From the NCBI RefSeq assembly GCF_963921235.1, contig NC_086107.1:109742001-109806000 (forward strand): 64,000 bases of DNA, written 5' to 3'. Each line of letters begins with the position of its first letter. Position 1 is the stretch's first letter. The stretch comes from Mobula hypostoma. Its lineage: Eukaryota. Shown here piece by piece: positions 12,991-22,595 of this stretch. A model generated the notes under the pieces. The model was not told the DNA's origin. It did not search any database and was given only the letters and a program-made list of their open reading frames with translations. A program made the position numbers and the translations under genes.

Positions 12991-13031
12991 GTCACTTCTT
13001 GGCCATTTGGTTAAGATCAAGTATAATATCT
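12991..13031 (+). pseudogene. 3'-truncated U2 snRNA copy (U2 nt ~1-41)
   Basis: gtcacttcttggccatttggttaagatcaagtataatatct aligns ungapped at 34/41 with the U2 5' end ATCGCTTCTCGGCCTTTTGGCTAAGATCAAGTGTAGTATCT. Confidence 0.8.
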
Positions 13032-13286
13032 ATAGAACCTCTCCAACTAAGTAAAATGTCCCAAAGGTTCTTGCAACATTGGTGTCAAACAAAATATTGA
13101 CAAGAAATCAAATGGAGATTTGATAGGACAGGGTGGTTTTAAGGAGAACCTTAAAAGAGGTACTAGAGGTTCAAAGGTTTATGGAGGGAATACCCAAGTT
13201 AGCAGCTGAAGATATGTTTGAAAGTGGTAAAGCAATTTAAAATACGTATGCATAAAGAGCCATAATTGAAATTGGGTTGGCTGCTT

Positions 13287-13732
13287 GTTTGTAGAGTTGT
13301 TTGCCGAGTTGGAGGTTAGGTTGCAAATGTTTCGTCACCAGTCAAGGTGACATTGTCAGTGCGCAGTTGAATGTTGTTTTTGCCGGGTGCTCATGTTTAT
13401 ATTGGTCTGACTCATTGTTCTGATTGGTTGGCTGTCATACTGGCCACTAGTCTCCACTGCCCTGTATTCCTGGATGTGATCGAATGACAAATGGGGCAAG
13501 AGAAAGGAAATTGGTAGGCAAGCTTGGTTCTCAATGGAGGACTCTTATTAACAAGTATATTGAACTAGATGCAATTTACAGACTTGTATGTCTGCGGATC
13601 AGGGCCAAGGGGTGAGCTGCAGACACCCGAGAAGTCAATGCTCACAACGATTGAAGCAACATTCAATTGTGCACTGAGGGTGACCAAATGCTTGTGACTT
13701 AACTTCCAGGCTCAGCGAACAACCCTACAAAC
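13287..13732. mobile_element. Penelope-like element remnant with inverted pseudo-LTR ends
   Basis: Imperfect ~85-bp inverted repeats (13287-13376 vs ~13658-13732); internal frameshifted QAWFS..S/INKYIELDAIY resembles the C-terminus of Penelope GIY-YIG ORFs; hammerhead-like motif in the repeat. Confidence 0.72.
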
Positions 13733-14839
13733 GAAAAGCAATAATTTCTTAAATCATCCAGTCATTTCTCGGCTGGAGGTAGATATGAAAATTGGGACAG
13801 GCTTGACATATGGGGTGATTGGAATACTCAACTTCCCTTTCTATAACATAGGTTATATAGATCCATAGATCAACCTGTGAGAACGATGACTAAATGAGTT
13901 GACAGGATACAGCGGGAAATGCTTTTTCCCTTGGGAAAGTGCAGAACGAGGTTGCACACCTTAAAATCAGAGTCTAGTCATTCAGGGATAATGTCTGCTA
14001 GCAACTCTTAAATGTTGATCTCTGTGGATAGGAAAGGCTGATGGGCCTAGGTTCTAATGGAAAATGTCAGACTAAGATTGAGGGATTTCTTTTTGAATTT
14101 GGTAATGACAGTGGAGCCATAACAGGGAGATGAGTTACAGTGTTGATCAGCTGCAGTGGCTTGGCAGAACAGAGCAGAGTGGTTGCCTTCTGCTCCTGTG
14201 GCTCTGATGTCTGGCCCAGCTCAGTGCTAGGTGATACCTCCGTCCCATTCATCATAAGGAAATAGATTTCCATCATTACCCAGTAGTAAGATGCAAGGTC
14301 AAGAGCTGTCTGTCTGCAGCTGAGTATGGTGGGTAAAGTTAACACAACACCACACACACAAAATACTGGAGGAACTCAGCATGTCAGGTAATATCTATGG
14401 AAATAAATAAACAACCAACGTTTCAGGTTGAGACCCTTCTTCAAGACTGACAAGGAAGGAGGAAGGCAGGAGGAGGAAAAGGTGGTGGTGGGGGGAGAAA
14501 AGAGGATTGCTAGAAGGTGATCAGTGAAGTCTGGTGGGTTGAAAAGATAAAGTGCTGGAAAAGGATGAATCTGATTGGAGAATGGACCATAGGAGAAAGG
14601 GAAAGAGGGGGGAACCTAGAAGGAGGTGATAGGAAGGTGAGATAAGAGGTCATGGAAGAAGAGGAGAGAGGCAGGGAAATTTTTACTGGAAGGAATAAAT
14701 CGATGTTCATGCCATTAGATTGGAAGCTACCCAGGCGGAATATAAGGTTAACATAGCTTGCTTTCATGTGGCTGAGGTCCGTTCGAGGGAAAACTCAACA
14801 TGTTGCATGCACTTCTTTGATGTCTGTGCTCCTATCTAG

Positions 14840-14976
14840 TGGCAGGTTAGAGCCAGAACACACAGAAGAGACGACAGATTTGCAAGAAGATGGTGTTTCC
14901 AGTCTTGGCATCCGTTTTGTACGTCACCCCGGGTTTGTTGTTAAGAGAGATCGGACCTGGCGATATAACAAGTCAG
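14840..14976 (+). CDS. SCAF1: SCAF1 coding exon
   Basis: ctcctatctag| ... |gtgggg; 137 bp, phase 2 to 1; ends RTWRYNKS|V, resembling human SCAF1 RAWRTGKT-V just before the large exon (from recall). Confidence 0.78.
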
Positions 14977-15119
14977 GTGGGGAAATGTTCCTTTTTTCTC
15001 TGTGCATGTGTGTCTCACTCTCACGTTCTCTTTTACTCCCTCTCAGTGCATTAAACACAGGCTGCAGTGAAGGTTTGAATGTTTAATGTACAGTAAGATA
15101 CTTTTGTTTTTAATTGCCT

Positions 15120-15520
15120 ATTACTCCCCTGACAATTAGGGCAGCAATGAAGATCCTCCATCTGTGACGGTGTTCACAGCTTCCTTAATCGTTTCAGTAG
15201 ATTCCTCTCCGTTTTCACCACTGTCAGTCATCCAAGTCCCGGTGGAGACTCAGGAAGACCATCACACTCAGATGTAGAAGGATTCTTCATTGCTGTTTCT
15301 GTAACAATTTTTTTTTTGACCAATCAGGGTTGTTAGCCCCAGCTCCGAACCTGGGCGATCAGTGGACCACTCTTAGTCTGGCCTCTACCCTTTGACCTGT
15401 TTGGCATGGGTGACCCAACCAAGAGCCAAAACACAAAGCCCTGACTTCAGCCAACATAGTTCTCTGAGTCATTGAGGCGCGCAAGCCTCCAAACTCTACA
15501 ACAAGGTTGTGGTCCTCTTG
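15120..15520 (-). mobile_element. RTE-derived non-autonomous element; other copies ~7340-7600, 25041-25430, 49259-49660
   Basis: Shared ~400-bp sequence (ttagggcagcaatgaag.tcctccatct ... ttagtctggcctctaccctttgacctgtttggcatgggtgaccc); RTE-like 3' end with (taag)-type tail on the minus strand. Confidence 0.65.
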
Positions 15521-15816
15521 CAGGACATTAAGATAATTGCACTATAATTCTGTGTTGTAAGCATTATACCTAATATTTTTGCACCATTCCTCTATTCTTA
15601 CTCTTAGAGTATAAACTGTTAATTTTATTTTTATTTGTTTAAGGTTGTCCTGAGCAGACTTCAAATGTCTGACATGTATGATTGTCATTGTTTATATAAA
15701 AAGAACATTTTAATATCTGCTGCATGTGTTTACTTGGCTGCTTATTCTGGCTAAACATGTAGCCACTGGAAAGGGATTTTTATTTTTCAAATTATGTTTC
15801 CCATTGTATAATCATA

Positions 15817-16310
15817 GACTCAGTGGCCACTTTATTAGGCACGGAAGTGGAATCTGCGTGGTCTTTTACTGCTGCCGGGCTCATCCACTTCAAGGCTCAA
15901 CGTGTTGTTCATTCAGAGATGCTCTTCTGCACACTACTGTTGATTATTTGAGTTACTGTCACCTTCCTGTCAGCTTGAACCAGTCTGGCCATTCTTCCCT
16001 GACCTCTCATTAACAAGGCACTTTCACCCACAGAACTGCTGCTCAATAGATGTTTGTTTTTCGCACCATCACTGTGAACTGTAGAGACTGTTGTGTGTGA
16101 AAATTGCCCTGCCTAGCACCAACAGTCATTCCACAGTCCAAATGTGATCTCTGAGATCACATTTCTTCCGCATTCTGAAGTTTGGTCTGAACAACAACTG
16201 AGCCTCTTGACCATGTCTGCATGCTTTTATGCATTGTTGCTGCCACATGATTGGCTGATTAGATATTTGCATTAACGAGCAGGTGTACCTAATAAAGTGG
16301 CCATTGAGTG
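15817..16310. mobile_element. non-autonomous Tc1/mariner element; related copies 31088-31600 and 62834-63100
   Basis: TIRs actcagtggccactttattagg / cctaataaagtggccattgagtg with TA on both flanks. Confidence 0.85.
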
Positions 16311-17799
16311 TAATTACCAGCAAGTTTACTTGGGTGCTTTCTCTGGCTAAACACTTTGATGGAGACTATGGAAATGGAATTTTAGTTATTAAATTGTTTT
16401 TCCTGTTGTATAATCATATGCTAGAAAAAGTGAAGTAGCCTTAAGGAAAATCAAAGTTCAATTCATGGTCTAAACTTTTTGTTTAGCAGTGTAACTAGGG
16501 ATTTGGCAATGTAGTGTAATTCCTGCATCAGGTGAGACTCAGTTTGCTCTTTGCTGTATTGTTCTTCAACGTTAAATAACTTAGTTATTTAATCTTGTAG
16601 GGTATTTATTTATTTAGAGGTGCTGCGCAAAGTTGGCCCTTCGAGTTGCACCGCCCCAGCAAACCCCGACAACCCCAATTTAACCCTAACCTAATCACTA
16701 GCTTGTGTTGGGAATTGCTTATGTCACGTGCCCCATGTTTTTTTTATCATGCCTCGGTGTTAATTCTAGATATTCCAAGATGTCCAGGCAATTTAATGCT
16801 CTTAAAATGAGGTTCCCTTTCTAATGTAAGGCTGGAACTTTTGACCACTTGGTATGATGGCTAGTCATTGTATACAAGGTGAATTCTGGATTCAAAGCAG
16901 TAAGCACCTTTTTTTTTAATACAGTAGGTCCGCCTGGTTTTTGACTTATCCAACCCAATTCTATTTATTTATTTAGTGATACCATATGGAATAGGTCTTT
17001 CCGGTCCTTTGAGCCACGCCACCCCATCAACCCCACAACCCCCAATTAACCTAACCTAATCATGGTACAATTTACAATGACCAATTAACCTACCTGGTAT
17101 ATTGTTGGACTGTGGGAGGAAACCGGAGCACCTGGGAAAAACCCACACATTCCACGGCAAGGATGTACAGAGACTCCTTGCAGAAGACGACGGAATGGAG
17201 CTCCAATGCCCCAAGCTGTAATAGAGTCGCGCTATCTGCCGCACTACTGTGGCTCCCTCTAGTCCAGAAGCAGCGTATATTGTTTTAGGGTAAGATATCA
17301 GCCACTCAAGATTGAAATTCCCTCAGATATCTGGAAACCTTTGGCAAGACCAATAAAATTCAGATGAAAATTACGCTTGAGGGGATTGATCAAGAAAGTG
17401 GAATTTTAAGCAAAGATCAGATTAGCTGCAATCCTGTTGAACCCCACAATTGGTATGAGGGTCCGAGTGACGACTCCTGTTGTAATCACTGGGGTCTCCA
17501 TAGCGTAGCGGTTAGCACAGTGTTTTTACAGTTGTGAAGTTCAGGGTTCAGTTTCGGTGCTGTCTTTACAGAGTTTGTAATGTTCTCTCTGTGACCACTT
17601 GCATTTTGTCCGGGTACTCCAGTTTCTTCCCGCCATCAGTTAGCAGGTTAATTTTTCTGTAATTAGGCTAGTGTTTAATAGGTGGGTTGCTGGGCAGTGT
17701 GGCTCTTTGGGCCAGAAGGACCTGTTCCGCGCTGCCTCTAATTAAATAAAATGTAAATTAAAAAATATGGGAATAGTTAAGGCTTTGGACAAGAACTTG

Positions 17800-18197
17800 T
17801 GCCCAGGCATTGACTTGATCGAGGTGTACAAGGTGTTAAGAGGCTTAGATTGGGTGAACAGCCAGACCTTTTCCCAGGGTGGAAATGGCTAATACGAGAA
17901 GTACAAGAAATGGAAATGGCTAAAGTGATTGGAGGAAAGTATAGGAGGTGGGTCAGCGGTAAGTTGCTTTTTTTTTTATTACATGGAGAGTGGTGAGTGT
18001 GTGGAACGCGCTGCCAAGGCTGGTGGTAGAGATAGATACGTTCGGGACACTTAAGAAACTCTTGGATAGGCACTTGGATGATAGAAAAATGGAGGGCTGT
18101 GTGGGAAGAGTTAGACTGAATCTTAAAGACAGGTAGAAAGTTTGTCACAACATCATGGGCCGAAGGGCCTGTACTGTGCAGTACTGTCTATGTTCTA
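17800..18197 (+). mobile_element. CR1 3' fragment
   Basis: Ends gggccgaagggcctgtactgtgcagtactgtctatgttctatg. Confidence 0.78.
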
Positions 18198-18463
18198 TGG
18201 CCTCCGGTGACTCAGTCACCTTACCCAGTATATTTCAGAGAAACTATGGGTGGACCTTGTGTTTGGCAGATACAACACCTCCTCGTGACTTGAGACTCTT
18301 GTCATCACAGCTGAGCACCACTACAACTCAGGAGGCTTGGGCAAACTGCCTCAAGATAAGATTCCTCTGTGTTCTATAGAAGCGGTAGAATAGGATTGAG
18401 GGAAGGTGAACCCACCACGTCTTTTCGGATTGATGCTAAGTTTTTCTTTGTTTCTCCTTGCAG

Positions 18464-21400
18464 TGTCCAGTGGCTTTCCATCTCCGTCACTGAGGGTACC
18501 GTCTCAGAGCATCGTAAGGGAAGCTTTACCTTTCAGGAATTGCTTATGCAGTGGTGGACTGTCCAACACAAGGAACAGCGGAAGCCATTCCATGGAATCC
18601 CACGGCATGAAGAAGGCGAACGATGGGTTGGGTCTGTTGGATTCATACGCTTTGTCACCAGCATCCTTGGACTGCCTGAGGCAAGGGTTGCTGAGAAACA
18701 TGGGTAATCTGGAGCAAACTGAGACTTTGGGGGACTCGAGAACGAGAAACCCCGATACAAGGACAGAGAAGAGTAACCAGCCAGTGGCTACAGGCTTCAA
18801 AGCATCCGTTTTCTCCCCCAATGTAGACTTGACAATGAAAAGAAGGCTGGATCCATTGGGGGTAGATCTCATTTGCCTATCACCGAGAAGCAACAGGCTC
18901 GGTGTGCTTGTGAATCCGAGCACAGATCAAAAGCCGATGGCTGATTCTCCTATAAAAAGGCTTGTGGGTACTACCCAGGGCTTGCATCCCTCTGAAGGGG
19001 TCAGTTGGGGCATAGTCCTTGGCAACGGTAGTGGTATCTCAAATGGTCAGCAACGGCCATTAAACGGAGGTGGCTGCTCCAACTCAGGGAACCAACCCAG
19101 CTCATCTAGCATGCCTCAAACGTGTGAAAAGACAGAGTCCAGTTCAGTCCCTTGCCACCAGAGCGTCACTAATCGGATTAGTTGTTCTGACAGTCGACTG
19201 AGGCCTGAAGCCTATGACCCATTCAATCCAACTGATGAAGAAAATATTAACGGAGAGTTTATAGGTGGTGACTTTTCGCCGAAAGAAAGGACGGGCTTGG
19301 ACGATGAGGAGGAGGAACCCGAGGAGGACGACGAGGAGAAGTATGACCCGTTTGACCCTACGGGTTCCATCGCAAGTTCAAACAACTTGAGCCCAATGGG
19401 AGATGACTCCGAAGGTGAGCTGAAAATTGTTAGCGATGCCGGGCTAACCGAGGAGGAAGAGGAGGAGGACTGCATGAGCCCTGAGTACGAGATGGAACGG
19501 TCCCCAGAGTCGACGACGTGCGTGTCATCAGATGTAGAGCTACGGCCTGACTGTGGGCATGCGGTCAAGTCAAACCTAGAACCTGACCTCTACAGTTCGC
19601 CCGAGTGCGGAGACGCACAGCCGGAGTCCCACGCCAGCTTTACAGAGTTAAGCTCCACGATCGAACCTGATTCTAAACTTCAGAGTGAGGCTCAGCTTGA
19701 CTCAATCTCTCAACCAGACTCCAACTCGGTTGACTCAGAAGATGATACTCAGTCCCAGAATGAACTGATGATAGATGAAACAGCCTGTGCAATGTTTGAA
19801 GGTGAAGAGCCAGTGTCATCACCAATGGATTTTAGCTTGATGCATAATCCTGATCCAAAGATGAAAGAAGAGCCTGAGTCATTAAAGGTTATGGAGAAAC
19901 AGGTCCATCCCTTGGAAGAGGGTGACCCTTGGAAAAGTGAACAAGCGAAGGAGCCAAGCCTTAAAGGAAAGATGAGCACTGGTCCCACAGAAGCTTCCAA
20001 ACACAAAGTGGCTTCAGATCTGCAGAATGCACCCAGGTATCAGAAGGACTCTGAAAAGGTGGAGTCTGAGATGGCAGGAACACACAAATCCCAGAGCCGG
20101 TCTGCAGAAAAGATGAGCTCAAGTGGTCGGGTGGGATCAAAGTCGGCGTTGAAGCAGCGCTCGAGAGCTGAAGCCGTACGGAAGGATAAATCTGGTGGTA
20201 AGGGGCACTCGAAGGCAGAGCACAAAAGCAAGTCCTCTTCTACTTCCAGGTATCACCACAAGTCCCACCGTACCGTGGAGAGAAAAGACAACCTTGTCTT
20301 CACGGTGAATGTCTCCAAGTGGCCAGACGATGCACACAAGTACGAAGATTCTGAAATCGAAGAAGGTGAGATTGTCCAACAGGATGAAGAGAACTTCAGC
20401 CCGGCCAGGACCTTTCGCACTCGAGGGCGGATTTTTGAGCGTCTAAGAGGAGTTGAAGGGGACGATTTTATTTCCCTTCATGCCGACTCTGACGAGGGGG
20501 CGTTGCAGATTGACCTGGGTGAAAACTCGACGGAGGGTGGACGGAAGAAATTAGACCGCAGGAGAAAGGTGACAAATCAACAGAGAGAGAAGGTGCCGAA
20601 ACACTCGAGGTCACCAGCAGAATCCAAAGGCCAGTCCGGCTCCCACTCGGAGTCCAGCTCCCGCAGCCGGAAAAAACGCAAGCGGGAACACAAGAAGACC
20701 CGATCGAAGGACCGGAAGCGATCCAGGTCCCAGTCTCGTGAGCGCAAAAGGTCCACGTCCCGAAGCAGATTGCGAATCCATCACAAAAAGTCCCGGTCGA
20801 GATCCAGGTCCTGGGAACGAAGGCGGTCGAGCTCCCGATCACGTCATAAGGTGTCCCGGTCTCGCACCCGTTCCAGGGAGCACCGAAGGTCTAGATCCTG
20901 GTCACCCTCCATCAGCACCAGCATGTCGGCTCTGGGCTCCATGAGAGCTTCGGCTGAGAGGTGGAAGGGCCGCCCGCCCCCGTCAAAGGAAAGTGGGTCA
21001 TTCCACCGTTCCCGCTCGAGCAGCAAGTCCAGGAAGGAAAGGCGCAAGAAGGAGAAACATCGAGAGGTGGAAGCCTCAAAGCGCCGAAGGCATTCAAGGT
21101 CAAGGTCCAAGGAGAGGTCCCAGAGGGAGAAGAGACAGCCCAGCCCTTCCCCTAGAAGGTCAAAAGAAAAGAGCGAAAAAGAGAAGGACAAGAGTAGAGA
21201 GAGAAATCCTGTGAGTGAAAAGAAACACGAGAAAACTACAAAGGGAAGGCGTGACAGCAGGATAGTGGTTCCTCCTTCGATTCAGGAGCTGAATGATGAT
21301 GACATTCTAATTAAAGCTCGCTCTATTACCAGAACCATTACTGTGAACCCAGGGGAGGCCATGGAAGACCAAGACGATTCAATGGAAGTGGCAGCCCTCT

Positions 21401-22501
21401 CCCCAAACCGGGAAGCCATTTATGACTCGGATGAATTGGGCTTTGAGAACAGCTTCTCCGATGTGGAACCAGCTGACCACTTGCAGGAGGGCAGGGTGCC
21501 GGGGAAGGGGCCAGACGGCAAGAATGAGAGGAGGAGTGTTCACGAGAAAAGCCACCGAGTGGGAGAGACTGGCGCTAAGCTGACCAAAGTGAAGGACCGA
21601 AAGAGAGCTCACCCGGAAGAGAAGCCTACCAAGGAGAAGCGAAGGAAGAAGCTAACCGAAGGGCAAAAGGGGCCAGTTGCGACAGACAGCCTGAAGACTG
21701 AAAAGAAGGCTAAAGAGCATTTAATCGGTGGTCAGTCTGCCAAGAAAATCAAGGCACCATCCAAGGAAAGCAAGCAACAGGTGCCTCGGAAAGTCAAACT
21801 CCAGTCAAAGGTAGCCGTTCTCATCCGGGACGGAGTGAGCTGCGCTGCCTCGATGAAGGAGGACCGCGGGAAGGGGGGAGGTTTAATCGGCGTGAAGTTC
21901 AGCCGGGACAGGGAGAGCAGGTCACCGTTCATGAAGACCGAGGAGAAGGTCCACGACTCGAAGCCCAGCCGGCACCGGGCTGAGAGCTCGGACAGCAAAA
22001 GCACTCCATTGCGGGTAGTGAAGGGGAAAGCCACGGTGAAGCAGCGGTCGGCAGCAAAGAAGGCCAAGGCAGCTGGTGGGAAGGCCAAGGGCTCTGGGAA
22101 GAAGAAGAAGGAGGCCAAGGCCAAGATTGCCCTGAAGAAGGCTGCATCTGATAGCAGCAGCAGCAGCAAGGACTCCAGCCCCTTCAGGAACAAGGAAGAG
22201 CTGCAGTGGTCTTCCTCGGAGAAATCTGATGACAAAGTGAACCTCCCGAGCCCTGTGAAGGACACGGTGGAGCAGGGACTGTCCCCCCTCTCTCAGATCT
22301 CCGAGAGTACCTCCCAACCCCTGGAGCCGGCCTTTGTGCCAAAGGAGCCCCCACAGCACCAGCCTCCTCCACCACCCCTCCCTCAACAACCGAAGGATTA
22401 TCATGAGCACAGCGACACTTCAAAGGTCAACGGGGATAAACCAAGAACACTGAACAAACCACTGTCATGGGACCTCCAGACAGGAGGAGGAATGTTAGCA
22501 C
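18464..22501 (+). CDS. SCAF1: SCAF1 giant exon (acidic, RS-rich and Lys-rich low-complexity regions)
   Basis: Strong acceptor tttttctttgtttctccttgcag| and donor |gtaagt; 4038 bp open frame containing SCAF1 signature blocks YDPFNPTDE, YDPFDPTGS, SEIEEGEIVQ, EGDDFISLHADSDEGALQIDLGE, VVPPSIQEL, KVKLQSKVAVLIRDGVS, IGVKFSRDRESRSPF. Confidence 0.95.
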
Positions 22502-22595
22502 GTAAGTATTCTTGGCAAGAAGTGTACTCTTTTTTGAAGAAGAACAGTGGGAGGGGGATGTTCTCATTGAAACTTATTGAATATTGAAACATCTA

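Noticed and set aside
16745..16960. Duplicated intronic snoRNA (with 27425-27630)
   Set aside because: C/D or H/ACA boxes are not conserved between the two copies. Kept only as an unexplained duplication.
18504..22423. Many overlapping and antisense ORFs inside the giant exon
   Set aside because: Expected by-products of low-complexity, GC-rich coding sequence; no independent homology.
18406..22587. 1393-aa ORF as a stand-alone secreted protein with a signal-peptide-like start (LFGLMLSFSLFLLAVSS)
   Set aside because: The hydrophobic stretch is the translated polypyrimidine tract of the acceptor at 18463, and the last ~28 codons are intron read-through. It is an internal SCAF1 exon.
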